Counted from the stretch's first letter, positions 10,469 through 21,166 are shown. The stretch is DNA of 64,000 bases from Fibrobacter sp. (GCA_017530965.1 JAFXLS010000156.1:4410-68409); one strand, 5' to 3'. Program-made: numbers and translations. Notes: a model not told the origin generated them from the letters alone.

Positions 10469-10598
10469 TCAGACCTCGTCCGTTTTACCCAAATATAAGC
10501 CCAAAAAACGCCAAAAAAGCAAAAATATGAAAATCGTAAGATTTATTGGGAGAATCAACGGAATCTTTTTAGGATTATGACGGCTACAAGTGAACAAA

Positions 10599-11186
10599 TC
10601 AAATCGTCTTCAGTAGCTGCAAAAGATCCTTTTCTGTAAATTTCGTTTTCCTAGTCCCGAACTCAACAAAATGATTCTGTTCGCAATAAAAGTCAAGGAG
10701 TTTCTTCTTGTTTTCGCACTCCAAAACGCAAAGAACGCCCCCTACCCTATGCTGGAGAAAAGAAATCTGTTCCATGGCCAGGGACAACAACTCATTTCCT
10801 GTAATCAAATCGTTAAGCCCTTGTTGGAAGTTCTTCCCAAGCTGAGCAATAAGGTACGCCGGTATATTGTATTCGCCATCATCCAGGGTACTCATCCTAG
10901 AAAGTTTCCTCTGAACCGTCCGGGACACATTCTGTGCCCTTACAGAAATAGTTTTTATCGCTAGCGAGAAATATCCCAAGAACGCACCATTCTCTTGTGA
11001 AAAGACCAAATAACTCACAGCCTGGTGCTTTTTAGCGAAATCGACAGCCGATTTTTTCAAGAAGTTCTCGACATCTTTGTTTCTAGGACACTCAAAGAAA
11101 CGAAGAAGACCGGACAAGTCCTCGTCCATACGAGCATCACAGAGATACTCCATAATGTTTACGACAAAATAGGATTTAGAAGCCAT
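10599..11186 (-). CDS. GNAT-family acetyltransferase, putative toxin
   Basis: FECPRNKDVENFLK, GYFSLA, PAYLIAQLGKN and KLLDFY motifs. Confidence 0.78.
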   Translation of the reverse strand: MASKSYFVVNIMEYLCDARMDEDLSGLLRFFECPRNKDVENFLKKSAVDFAKKHQAVSYLVFSQENGAFLGYFSLAIKTISVRAQNVSRTVQRKLSRMSTLDDGEYNIPAYLIAQLGKNFQQGLNDLITGNELLSLAMEQISFLQHRVGGVLCVLECENKKKLLDFYCEQNHFVEFGTRKTKFTEKDLLQLLKTI

Positions 11187-11361
11187 GTTTCTTTCTAAGG
11201 AGAGCCAGTTTTTTTAAGCTGTAAACTCCGCTTAGAACATCAGCCTTGACACGGCTGACAGAAACAGGGGCCTTCAGGGAGCAATCTACGGCCTTAACGA
11301 AGGATTCCAGTTGCCTGGTCCCGACCACGTTAAAATTCTTTTTTATGCTCGATGTCGCCAT
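11176..11361 (-). CDS. Small basic protein, putative antitoxin partner of the GNAT gene
   Basis: 61-aa ORF overlapping the GNAT start by 11 nt, with an upstream TATATT promoter-like box and AAGG RBS. Confidence 0.65.
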   Translation of the reverse strand: MATSSIKKNFNVVGTRQLESFVKAVDCSLKAPVSVSRVKADVLSGVYSLKKLALLRKKHGF

Positions 11362-11551
11362 TGTTTATACCTTCTAGCGAAATATACATTAATTAAGTCA
11401 AAAACACAAGTTAGTTTGCGATAGCTAGGAAGAAATCCACGCCATTCCGAGCTATCGAAAAACAAATCTAGACACTAAAAATGACAATCGTGCAATCAGG
11501 TGATTGCAAGGTTTGTAAAAAGATTCACAAAGGGATGGATTGGGCGGGCGG

Positions 11552-11720
11552 ATATTCCCCCGTTGACGTATAATCAAGGGCGGTAAGCAAAAAGACATTA
11601 ACAGCAGTTTACAAAATAATCTATATTTGCGAGCATGCGTCATCGAACGGCAAGACCACTCCCCCTACTCTTAGGAATCATTATCGGGTGTCTGCTTTGT
11701 GCCTGCAGCAACAGCGATGA
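11552..11720 (+). repeat. ~170-bp direct repeat copy 1 (promoter + lipoprotein signal peptide)
   Basis: Near-identical to 12973-13141 at an offset of 1421. Confidence 0.9.
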
Positions 11721-12954
11721 GGGGGATCTCGCGAAATACGCCCAAGCCATCGCAAATTCTGAAGAATTCTGGAATACCAAAGTTGACAGCCTTTCCTTGG
11801 ATGACTGGGAATACCCTTATGCCGACATTCCCAGAATCGTGATAGAAACGGCAGATTTCCTAGAGATTCGTGATAGAGAAACAGAGCTCCCCGCCAAATT
11901 GCAAATTTGGGGAGAAAACTACCCTGAAAGCGAAGTGATGAATTTAACCATTAGGGGGAGAGGAAATTCTTCGTGGACGGACATGCCCAAAAAGAGTTAT
12001 AAAATTGAATTTATAAATAAACAAGAGATGCTTGGAATGCCAAAAGATCGAGACTGGGCTCTTATAGCTAATTATGCCGATAAGACATTAATGAAAAACT
12101 ACTTAATGTATCGTTTATCAGCCAAATTAGGACTACAATCGCCACGATGTAGATTCGTTGAATTATACATCAATAAAGAATATCTAGGAGTTTATCTACT
12201 TACAGAAACAATCAAAATAGGGAAAAAACGTATTAACATACCGGAAAACGGGACATTTATTGCGGAAATAAAAGAAAACTACAGGCAAGGGCAGCAAATG
12301 ATATACTCGTATGTCCTTAAAACAGATTCTACCAGAAAACCGTTCCGCATACATCACCCTAAAAACGCTTCAATAAACGATTTACAGGCAATTCAACAGC
12401 GTATTGAAAATTTTGAAATTTTCCTCACAACGATCAAGCCTCAAAAGAACAATAACATTGACAAATGGATAAATGTAAATAAATACATGGCATTCTACTG
12501 GATACAGGAATTTTCAAAAAATTTGGATGCAGATGATTATTCCAGCATCTACTTTTTTGGAAAAATAGATGGCCCAATAGAAATGGGACCTGTTTGGGAC
12601 TTCGATCTTACTTTTGGGAGTTCCAACTACGCAAAAGTCAATTCCCCTGAAAATTGGTATATAAAAACAGGATATTGGCACACTCAACTATTCAGGGACA
12701 CTTCTATCATCAACAAACAGCGCACGTTCTGGAACGAAAATAAAAATCTATTCCAATCCACATTAAAGTCCATTGACTCTTTGCAATTATCCTTAAATAA
12801 AGCCGCAAGCAACAATTTCAGAAAATGGGAAATTCTACAAAGCACCAAATATATTTATCACCGTCATAGTTATAATTCCTATAAAGACGCTGTTGACGAT
12901 CTAAAACGTTGGATTCAGAACAGAACGAAATGGATAGACCGGGAATTGCAATAA
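11635..12954 (+). CDS. CotH-family kinase lipoprotein
   Basis: Lipobox LCAC; RGRGNSSW..PKKSYKI, DWALIANYAD and MGPVWDFD motifs. Confidence 0.88.
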   Translation: MRHRTARPLPLLLGIIIGCLLCACSNSDEGDLAKYAQAIANSEEFWNTKVDSLSLDDWEYPYADIPRIVIETADFLEIRDRETELPAKLQIWGENYPESEVMNLTIRGRGNSSWTDMPKKSYKIEFINKQEMLGMPKDRDWALIANYADKTLMKNYLMYRLSAKLGLQSPRCRFVELYINKEYLGVYLLTETIKIGKKRINIPENGTFIAEIKENYRQGQQMIYSYVLKTDSTRKPFRIHHPKNASINDLQAIQQRIENFEIFLTTIKPQKNNNIDKWINVNKYMAFYWIQEFSKNLDADDYSSIYFFGKIDGPIEMGPVWDFDLTFGSSNYAKVNSPENWYIKTGYWHTQLFRDTSIINKQRTFWNENKNLFQSTLKSIDSLQLSLNKAASNNFRKWEILQSTKYIYHRHSYNSYKDAVDDLKRWIQNRTKWIDRELQ

Positions 12955-12972
12955 CATCCTTTTTGATAGTCT

Positions 12973-13141
12973 ATATTCCACTGTTGACTAATAATCAAGG
13001 GCGGTAAGAAAAAAGACATTAACAGCAGTTTACAAAATAATCTATATTTGTAAACATGCGTTATCGTACGGCAAGACCACACCCCCTACTCTTGGGAATT
13101 ATTATCGGGTTTCTGCTTTGCGCCTGCAGCAACAGTGATGG
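12973..13141 (+). repeat. ~170-bp direct repeat copy 2
   Basis: Near-identical to 11552-11720. Confidence 0.9.
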
Positions 13142-14942
13142 GGTAGATTATGCGGGGTGGGAAGAAGCCTTTGCTAATGACAGTAACAAATATCTCGAAG
13201 AAGACCCCATAACAGAGCCAGCGAAACGCAGTTGTTTTGACAGTTTCAGGTTGCCGGACCTACAGTCCATTGCCTGCAAGCAACAATTCTATTCGAATGA
13301 CACCGTAAAGGATTTTCCGCAATCTGGATTTTTCCCAAAGACATTCACCATCGCATTTCCCGACAACAAGCCGCTAAATTGCGAAACCGGCGGGAAACCC
13401 GCTACAAAAGAAAGTCCTCTAGTATCGGCTATACAGGTGGATTCTTCCATGGCTATCCGATGTGCCGATTTCTCGGGGAAATTCGCAAGCACCGAAATCA
13501 TCCGCACCTACATTCTAGAAAAGAACCCAGATATCGCAGTAGTATTCCTGACCACCGACCCGAATTCGCTTTTTGACCCAGACACAGGCATCTACATGGA
13601 AGGGCCTAATGCGGAAGCAAAAGAACCTCATTATGGAGCAAATTACTGGCAAGATAAAGAAATTCCCGTTTTCGTAGAATTGGTTGAAAACGAACAAAAT
13701 CAACCAGCTTTTGCAAAATACGCGGGATTAAAAATTCATGGCAGATATACCCGCACGCGTGCAAAAAAATCTGTAGCGATAACCTTTCGTGAAAAATATG
13801 GTGACAAAAGGCTATATTACCCTCTTTTCCCAGAGTTTCCAGAATTTTCAGTGTTTAAAAGTTTTATTCTACGCAATTTTGGGAACAGCTTTGGCTACGA
13901 TTATGTTCGCGACAGACTAGCCTGTTCTCTCAGCGAAGGACTCGGTGTTGACTATCAACGCGGAAGATACGCTATAGTGTACTACAACGGCAAATATTTT
14001 GGATTACATGATTTGCGCGAACATTCTAACGAATACTATTTTGAAACGCATTATGGAATAAGTCATAACAACATTAATTTACTTAAAGCGGACAACTCTG
14101 TTTCAGCGGGCTCAGCAGACAATTACATTACATTAATAGAATGGTTGAAAACGCACTCTTTAGATGATGATGAAAATTTCGAATACATATCCTCCCAAAT
14201 AGATCTCAATAATTTTATCAATTATATGCATGTCGAAATTTTTTCAAATAATAGAGATTGGCCAGGGAATAATTTAAAAAAATGGCAATGTACAAGCCCC
14301 ATAACACCATGGAAATGGTTTTTATACGATTTGGATATAGGATTTGATAGTGAAGGAGCTAACGTTCCCAACACAAATATATTTGATTACATTTCTGATA
14401 CACAAAGTAATCACTGGGCAAGTTCTTACAAGCACGCTCTTCTTGTCCAAAGCCTATTCAAAAACAAACAATTCAAAGCATCGTTTATAAATCGAATGAC
14501 AACTATTCTACATACTCATTTCACACCATCGCAAACATCCTCTCTTATAGAACAAATGATGAATGGCATCAGAATTGAAATTCCACGAGATCAATATCGA
14601 TGGGGGATAAGCGCATCAACAATGGATAGACAGTTAAAAATTATCAAGGCTTTTGCCCAAAATAGAGAGGCAACAATCATCAAGGAACTTCAAGAAAGTT
14701 ATCATCTTGGCGATACATCTTCCCTAACCCTTTCGGCAAAGGGAAACGGCGAAATCAGAGTTCACAATCTTTCATTAAAAAATCTACCAATAACAATAGC
14801 TTTTTTCAAGGGATTTCCCGTCACAATTTCAGCAATTCCCTTATCCCCAAATTCATGGCATGGTTGGAGCGATGGGGAAATGATGCAGACAAGAACAATT
14901 TGGCCTGAAACAATAACAGAACTTACTGCATTATTTGAATAA
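13056..14942 (+). CDS. CotH-family kinase lipoprotein (different subfamily)
   Basis: Lipobox LCAC; KKS, YNGKYFGL..LRE, NRDWPGNN and WFLYDLD motifs. Confidence 0.86.
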   Translation: MRYRTARPHPLLLGIIIGFLLCACSNSDGVDYAGWEEAFANDSNKYLEEDPITEPAKRSCFDSFRLPDLQSIACKQQFYSNDTVKDFPQSGFFPKTFTIAFPDNKPLNCETGGKPATKESPLVSAIQVDSSMAIRCADFSGKFASTEIIRTYILEKNPDIAVVFLTTDPNSLFDPDTGIYMEGPNAEAKEPHYGANYWQDKEIPVFVELVENEQNQPAFAKYAGLKIHGRYTRTRAKKSVAITFREKYGDKRLYYPLFPEFPEFSVFKSFILRNFGNSFGYDYVRDRLACSLSEGLGVDYQRGRYAIVYYNGKYFGLHDLREHSNEYYFETHYGISHNNINLLKADNSVSAGSADNYITLIEWLKTHSLDDDENFEYISSQIDLNNFINYMHVEIFSNNRDWPGNNLKKWQCTSPITPWKWFLYDLDIGFDSEGANVPNTNIFDYISDTQSNHWASSYKHALLVQSLFKNKQFKASFINRMTTILHTHFTPSQTSSLIEQMMNGIRIEIPRDQYRWGISASTMDRQLKIIKAFAQNREATIIKELQESYHLGDTSSLTLSAKGNGEIRVHNLSLKNLPITIAFFKGFPVTISAIPLSPNSWHGWSDGEMMQTRTIWPETITELTALFE

Positions 14943-14953
14943 AAGTCTGTAAC

Positions 14954-16294
14954 ATGCAAAAAAGTTTCTTTTCCATAGAAATAAACATACTGAGAAACAT
15001 TGTAATCCTATTCATGTTATTCACGACAAGCGTGAATATATCCTGCAGTAATAGTGAAAACATTAACAATCCTAACGAAAACGAATTTGCAACAAGCAAG
15101 GAATATTGGAACTCAAAAGTAGACTACTTGCCGTTGAATGATTCTGAGTACCCATACGCAGGAATTCCCAGGCTCGTCATTAAAACGAACAACTTGCAAA
15201 CCATAAACGATCGAGACACAAAGATTCCAGCAAAGATGCAATTGTGGGGAGAATCTTCTCCAACAAGCGAAGTCATCGATTTAACTATAAAAGGGCGAGG
15301 TAATTCATCATGGTTATACATGCCCAAAAAAAGCTATAAAATTGAATTATCCTCCAAAAACAATCTTTTAGGAATGCCCAAAGACCGAGATTGGGCTCTT
15401 ATTTCAAATTACGCCGACAAGACATTAATGAAAAATTATCTTATGTATCATTTATCTTCAAAGTTAGGAGCTTTCTATTCTCCTCGTTGCGAATTTGTTG
15501 AATTATTTTTAAACAACGAGTATCTAGGAGTATATCTTCTTACAGAAACAATCAAAGTTGGAATTAATCGAGTAAACATCCCCAAAAACAATGCATCCTA
15601 TATTATTGAAAAAACGGAAAGCTATCAAGAAAAGGATCAACTTATTTACCCCAAATCAACTAACGGTTCTGACAGTACGCGTTTTAAAGTTCACTACCCT
15701 AAAAACGCCTCAAAAGAAGCCCTTTCAACAATTAAAAATCATATTGAATTTTTTGAAGAGTACCTAACAAAAAATAAATTTGGACAAGACTGTCACATAG
15801 ATCAATGGATTAACATTAACGAATACACAAAATACTATTGGGTGCAAGAATTATCAAAAAATCCGGATGCAGCGACCTATTCAAGTATATTCTTTTCTTG
15901 GAAAAAAGGAGGAACTATAACAATGGGACCCGTATGGGATTTCGATTTAGCTTTTGGCGGCTATAACAAAGAAACGATCAGTCAGTCCAGTGAGTGGCTC
16001 ATAAAAAAAGGATATTGGCACCATAGTATTTTAAAAGACACTATCGTGGCGCGTGCAAGAATAAATTTTTGGAAGGACAACAAACAAATTTTCTTTGAAA
16101 CCATAAATACAGCGGACTCCATTTTTTCTATACTAAACAAAGCCGCAAGCAACAATTTCAGAAAATGGAACGTTCTACAAAGCACCAAATATATTTATCA
16201 TCGGCATAGTTACAAGTCTTATAAAGACGCAGTTGACGATCTAAAAAGTTGGATTCAGAATAGATTGGAATGGATAGACCGAGAATTACAATAA
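14954..16294 (+). CDS. CotH-family kinase, probable lipoprotein
   Basis: ISC lipobox-like; KGRGNSSW..PKKSYKI and MGPVWDFD motifs; paralog of 11635..12954. Confidence 0.88.
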   Translation: MQKSFFSIEINILRNIVILFMLFTTSVNISCSNSENINNPNENEFATSKEYWNSKVDYLPLNDSEYPYAGIPRLVIKTNNLQTINDRDTKIPAKMQLWGESSPTSEVIDLTIKGRGNSSWLYMPKKSYKIELSSKNNLLGMPKDRDWALISNYADKTLMKNYLMYHLSSKLGAFYSPRCEFVELFLNNEYLGVYLLTETIKVGINRVNIPKNNASYIIEKTESYQEKDQLIYPKSTNGSDSTRFKVHYPKNASKEALSTIKNHIEFFEEYLTKNKFGQDCHIDQWININEYTKYYWVQELSKNPDAATYSSIFFSWKKGGTITMGPVWDFDLAFGGYNKETISQSSEWLIKKGYWHHSILKDTIVARARINFWKDNKQIFFETINTADSIFSILNKAASNNFRKWNVLQSTKYIYHRHSYKSYKDAVDDLKSWIQNRLEWIDRELQ

Positions 16295-16304
16295 TATTCC
16301 CTTT

Positions 16305-17438
16305 CTAGATATCCTTCAACTCCAACACTTGTTCGATTATTGGAGCCATATCATAGTACTTGTACTGTGCTAGGCGACCGCCAAACACAACATCCTTTTC
16401 TGCAGATGCCAATTTACGATACTCGTCCGCCAAGGCATTGTTACGTTCGTCGTTTACAGGATAGTAAGGTTCCATTCCGTCTTTATATTCTGTTGAATAT
16501 TCTTCAGAAATCACAGTCTTAGGACAATCGTAAACAGCCTGACCAAACATTTCAAAATGTTTGTGTTCAATAATACGAGTATAAGGTTGGTCATGCGACG
16601 TATAGTTCACGACAGCATTTCCCTGGTAATTCGGGGTATTTTCGACGCGAGTCTTAAAGCTTACCGTACGCCAGTCAAGTTTTCCAAGTTTGAAGCCAAA
16701 ATATTCGTCAATAGCACCGGTATAAACAAGCTTGTCAGCAATAGTACGCCAATTGTCTTTGTATTCAGCGAAAAAATCTACGCCCGTACGGGTTTCAACA
16801 CCATTTAACAGACCTTCAACAAGCTTGTTATATCCACCGATAGGAATGCCCTGGTAGCAGTCATTAAAGTAATTATTATCAAAAACTAGACGTACCGGGA
16901 GGCGTTTGATAATGAAAGCAGGCAAATCCCTGCAGTTTCTACCCCATTGCTTTTCGGTGTATTCCTTGATGAGTTTTTCAAAAATGTCCTTACCAACAAG
17001 AGCTAGCGCCTGTTCTTCAAGATTAGCAGGCTTACGCCCATTCAAAGCAGCCAACGCTTCTGTCTTCTGTTCTTCAATTTTTGCCCGGGCCTCCGCCGGG
17101 GTAGTCACGCCCCACATCTGGTAGAACGTATTCATATTGAACGGCAGATTGTAAAGCTTGCCCTTATAATTCGCGACAGGGCTATTCGTATACCGGTTAA
17201 ATTCCACGATGGAATTCACAAAATTCCACACCTGCTTATTACTGGTATGGAAAATATGAGCGCCATACTTGTGAACGTTAATACCTTCCACATTTTCACA
17301 ATAAACATTACCTCCCAATTGCAGGCGCTTGTCTATGACTAAGCATTTCTTGCCAGCCTTAGCGGCACGATATGCAAAAGTCGCACCGAACAATCCTGAA
17401 CCTACAATCAGGTAATTATACTTATTTGCTGCATTCAT
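16305..17438 (-). CDS. glf: UDP-galactopyranose mutase
   Basis: IVGSGLFG, HKYGAHIFHT, EPYYP and GRLAQYKYYDM motifs. Confidence 0.96.
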   Translation of the reverse strand: MNAANKYNYLIVGSGLFGATFAYRAAKAGKKCLVIDKRLQLGGNVYCENVEGINVHKYGAHIFHTSNKQVWNFVNSIVEFNRYTNSPVANYKGKLYNLPFNMNTFYQMWGVTTPAEARAKIEEQKTEALAALNGRKPANLEEQALALVGKDIFEKLIKEYTEKQWGRNCRDLPAFIIKRLPVRLVFDNNYFNDCYQGIPIGGYNKLVEGLLNGVETRTGVDFFAEYKDNWRTIADKLVYTGAIDEYFGFKLGKLDWRTVSFKTRVENTPNYQGNAVVNYTSHDQPYTRIIEHKHFEMFGQAVYDCPKTVISEEYSTEYKDGMEPYYPVNDERNNALADEYRKLASAEKDVVFGGRLAQYKYYDMAPIIEQVLELKDI

Positions 17439-18195
17439 ATTTTTTCCCGTAAAACTTCGCAGAAATAAATCCCCTAATTTTCTTCACCCAGTTTTCAGCG
17501 CCCAATTGCACGAAACCGACCTCTTTATATTTCACCTTATTTTTATCAAGCCATACATCCAAAAGAAGCTCACTTACACGTCCAAACAGTCTTGCATCAA
17601 AAGGACTCATTAAAGACACATCCACTTTTTTTTCAAGTTCAAAAAGGATGCCAAAAAGCCAAGTGCAATATTGATCCAAGATAGACCGCTTCATCACGAA
17701 CATATTAAACATATGCGCACTTCGGCAATTCATTCCTCGATCAAATTGCTTTAGATAATCAGGATATTTTTCTTTAATAATTTCACGTGTAAGCTCAAGA
17801 TGTGAAATATCATGAGTATGCCGATAATGTGACATGAGAGTTTCTATCACATAAAACCTCTTTTTGGGAAGAATCACATCATATTTTGAGCACAACTTCT
17901 CAACTTGCTCACCAGTCATTATGCTATTATATTTCCATTTTGATTTTTTGCAAGAAAAATGACGGCGATAGTGAGCAAGACCTATATAGTCTGCGTTTAA
18001 ATTTTTCCATCCCCAATATATTGCAGTCAACTCACAAAAATAAGGATTTTTCTCAGATATATTGTCTCCAGAATCATCCCTTGTATATCCAAAGTCATTA
18101 TCAGCCATTTTGCTGCCCACACGAATAGGAAGATACACGTCGTCATCCGGGATAAAAAAAGCCTTGTGACTTGCAATCATTATCTTTATATTCAT
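17422..18195 (-). CDS. DUF4422-family glycosyltransferase (possible galactofuranosyltransferase)
   Basis: DDSGDNISEKNPYFCELTAIYW and YIGLAHYRR motifs; adjacent to glf. Confidence 0.82.
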   Translation of the reverse strand: MNIKIMIASHKAFFIPDDDVYLPIRVGSKMADNDFGYTRDDSGDNISEKNPYFCELTAIYWGWKNLNADYIGLAHYRRHFSCKKSKWKYNSIMTGEQVEKLCSKYDVILPKKRFYVIETLMSHYRHTHDISHLELTREIIKEKYPDYLKQFDRGMNCRSAHMFNMFVMKRSILDQYCTWLFGILFELEKKVDVSLMSPFDARLFGRVSELLLDVWLDKNKVKYKEVGFVQLGAENWVKKIRGFISAKFYGKKYECSK

Positions 18196-18203
18196 ACAAA
18201 CTC

Positions 18204-19133
18204 CTATCCAAATAAGCGCATGCTATATTGGCTCATTGAGGAACAAACTTTTTGAAAAGCATAAAAAGGATATATCAATATTTTAATATATATATCTAAC
18301 GAACTCATTCCAGAACAACACAAAACATTTTTGCATTTTTTAAAATTTTTCAAATCCATTTTAAATAAAAATTTCACTAAAGGTCTAACCGCACGTTCAT
18401 CAAATCTTTTTATGCCATTCTTTTTAAAGAAATAATTTGCATCAGCAAACACCTTCGCCCTGGCAATCATTCGTTCTGGGGTCAGAACTTTTGAAACGCT
18501 CCCCGTTCTATCCGTAACACAATAAACCGAACGTTCATCAACAAAAACCGAATCACAAAAATGTCCCACCAAATAAGAAAAACGGGTGTCATTATGTATA
18601 CGGGTTTCATCAAATCGGATCACATTCTTTTCTATTACACTCCGCTTGATCATTTTACACCAAGGTTCGCCAAACGCATATTTCAATTCAAACACGGACC
18701 TATTCAAATTACTTGATTTCATTCTTATGAAACGGTTTAAATGCCAACAGCGATACGTAATTGCATATGAATCTGTATCAACAGAAATTGCATTAAAGAA
18801 TATCAAATCAAAATCTTTTTCTTTCACATCATCTAAAAATTGTCCCAAATTCGGCATAAAAAAGTCGTCTGCATCAGCAAAAAAGATATATTTTCCTTTT
18901 GCTTTTTCTAATCCCAAATTACGGGCCACGCCTCCACCAAGATTTTCTTCCATGTACGCAAATTCAACATAAGGAAACTCGCTTTCAAGCATATGTAATT
19001 TTTCAACATTTTCAACAGAACTGGCATCATCAACAACAATAACTTGTAAATCCTCTCTGCAAGGAACAGATTTCAAGCAGCGCCTCAACAACTGAGGAAT
19101 GTTAAAATGAGGTATCACCAAAGAAAAATACAT
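18204..19133 (-). CDS. GT2 glycosyltransferase
   Basis: SLVIP, VVDDAS, ARNLGL and FADADD motifs. Confidence 0.88.
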   Translation of the reverse strand: MYFSLVIPHFNIPQLLRRCLKSVPCREDLQVIVVDDASSVENVEKLHMLESEFPYVEFAYMEENLGGGVARNLGLEKAKGKYIFFADADDFFMPNLGQFLDDVKEKDFDLIFFNAISVDTDSYAITYRCWHLNRFIRMKSSNLNRSVFELKYAFGEPWCKMIKRSVIEKNVIRFDETRIHNDTRFSYLVGHFCDSVFVDERSVYCVTDRTGSVSKVLTPERMIARAKVFADANYFFKKNGIKRFDERAVRPLVKFLFKMDLKNFKKCKNVLCCSGMSSLDIYIKILIYPFYAFQKVCSSMSQYSMRLFG

Positions 19134-19144
19134 AACCGACCTCT

Positions 19145-20332
19145 CTAAGAAACCATTTCATCCATTTTAACTGTATTCAGTTTGTTTTTTAATTTAAAAA
19201 TAAAAATATACGCAATCGGAAATCCCATCATATCTTCATTAGAAAGCAACATAATTAAAACAATTGCCGTCACCCAAAAATGCAACCTATTCGCGCACAC
19301 TCTTTTTATCCCTTTAAAAAGATATGAAAAATAAATAATTGGCCAAAAAATGCCTAAACGCGCCGTCTCTGCGACGACTCCATTTGAACTGGTTAAATTG
19401 CCATATAAACGGGACAATTTGAAAAACATATCCCCCGTTCCTACACCAACCAAAGGATGCTCCATAAACATTCGCAAACAAGCAAGCATATCACTCACTC
19501 GGATATATGCAGAACTTCCTTCATCTTCTTTTCTTGAAAACTTTTCCACAACAACGTCTGAATTCACGATATGGAAAAAAAGGAATAAGAATAATACTGT
19601 AGCCGGGATTAGCAAACGACGATTTTCTCGTATTTTATCTTTAAACATAATCCCCAAAATAACAACCGATGACAAATATGCATTTGTTGAACGTGTAAGA
19701 TACAAAGCCGCAAAAATAAAGAATAATTTTACGACAAGTTTTTTTTCTAAAAATTTAGCCTTTGAGAAATCACCCAGTTTCAGCAGCAAAGCAACATTCA
19801 AAACAATTTGATACGCTCCTGGTTCATGAAAGATTCCCGCATGTCGATGCATCACATACCAGCTATAATAATCAACAAAATTAAAGCCGTAAAACTGCCA
19901 AATGAAATTATCCCCTGTTGTGTGAGAAAATACAGGAGAAATAAGATTAAATGTCAACGCCAAATAAAGTAGAACCGAAACCATTGCTATGACAAAAACA
20001 ATATTAAAAAACTTTTCTTTAAAATCGTCAAAGTCAAAATTCGATAAAATTAGGTATGTTCCCAATGGATAAACAAAATAAGTCGTGCGCCACGCATTAA
20101 AATACAAGCCATTAAAGGCATACAGAGCATAAAGAAAAACTAAAAATAAAGCCGTTTCATTAGTTACAAGCAATCTTCTTTTCTTGCACGAGAATAAAAG
20201 CGCAACAAGCAAAAATACAACCGACATGACATTCGGATAAAACAAAAAATATGTCGATTTTGACGCCAGCAAAAGCATCATAATAACTACATATTCTAAC
20301 AAATTTGTCTTTGATACAGTCAACATTTGCAA
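19145..20332 (-). CDS. Wzy/O-antigen ligase-like polymerase
   Basis: Many TM segments, GIFHEPG and HPLVGVG motifs, AT-rich, inside a polysaccharide operon. Confidence 0.75.
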   Translation of the reverse strand: MQMLTVSKTNLLEYVVIMMLLLASKSTYFLFYPNVMSVVFLLVALLFSCKKRRLLVTNETALFLVFLYALYAFNGLYFNAWRTTYFVYPLGTYLILSNFDFDDFKEKFFNIVFVIAMVSVLLYLALTFNLISPVFSHTTGDNFIWQFYGFNFVDYYSWYVMHRHAGIFHEPGAYQIVLNVALLLKLGDFSKAKFLEKKLVVKLFFIFAALYLTRSTNAYLSSVVILGIMFKDKIRENRRLLIPATVLFLFLFFHIVNSDVVVEKFSRKEDEGSSAYIRVSDMLACLRMFMEHPLVGVGTGDMFFKLSRLYGNLTSSNGVVAETARLGIFWPIIYFSYLFKGIKRVCANRLHFWVTAIVLIMLLSNEDMMGFPIAYIFIFKLKNKLNTVKMDEMVS

Positions 20333-21166
20333 TTAAGTCTCAAATCTTTTTGCTAGAAAAACATTTATGTGCAATTTTATTACATGACAAACAGAATATA
20401 TTATCCCATGAAACTTTCTCTGATAATGGAAGTCTTCAACCGGATTCATTCCAAGTGGAGAATACAGCAACTTAAAACGCTTTATCAGGCCATAACAATC
20501 TCTTTGATATATCGGGACAGGACAATTCCGTTGACAATAACCTAGAACTCCAGGCGCAACAAGGCTCTTAACTCCAATCTTTCGTGCAGTATGCCCATAG
20601 TCAAAATCACCAAAAGAATGCCTGTAGAAACCATCATTAAAGCCTACCTTCTCAAAAACAATTTTAGGAATAAGAACTATGTTCCCATTGAAAAAATCAC
20701 ACGAGACTGTTTCTTTTTCCAACGGAGCAACAACCCTTTTGGGACAATCCAAGGTTCGTCCCCCATATGTTATGGTATTGTCATCCAAAGAAGCTTGAGT
20801 CGTCCCAACAATTATCAAAGAGTCGTTCTCTTTACGAGACGTATCCAACAATGTCTGAATTGCATTCTCTTTTAAGATCGTATCGTCATTCAACCATAGG
20901 TAAAAATCAGGCGTACATTTCGAGGCTTCTCGCCACGCAGCAAGCATGCCCCTATTCCAAAACAGGGAACCATCTCCTTCAACAATAGTCACATTAGGAA
21001 ATTTCTCTAAAACTGTCGACGAAGTCCCATCAGAACAGCCATCATCCGTCATGAACACTTTTAATTTTACATCTTCCGCCAATCGTTGAGAAAAAGCTTC
21101 ACTTATGCAGCGAACCGTTTTTTCCTTTCTATTATGGACTGTCAATAAAACAGCAACATTCTTCAT
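20333..21166 (-). CDS. GT2 glycosyltransferase
   Basis: LLTVHNR, DDGCSDGT, LWLNDD and GDFDY motifs; likely start ATG 21166. Confidence 0.87.
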   Translation of the reverse strand: MKNVAVLLTVHNRKEKTVRCISEAFSQRLAEDVKLKVFMTDDGCSDGTSSTVLEKFPNVTIVEGDGSLFWNRGMLAAWREASKCTPDFYLWLNDDTILKENAIQTLLDTSRKENDSLIIVGTTQASLDDNTITYGGRTLDCPKRVVAPLEKETVSCDFFNGNIVLIPKIVFEKVGFNDGFYRHSFGDFDYGHTARKIGVKSLVAPGVLGYCQRNCPVPIYQRDCYGLIKRFKLLYSPLGMNPVEDFHYQRKFHGIIYSVCHVIKLHINVFLAKRFET

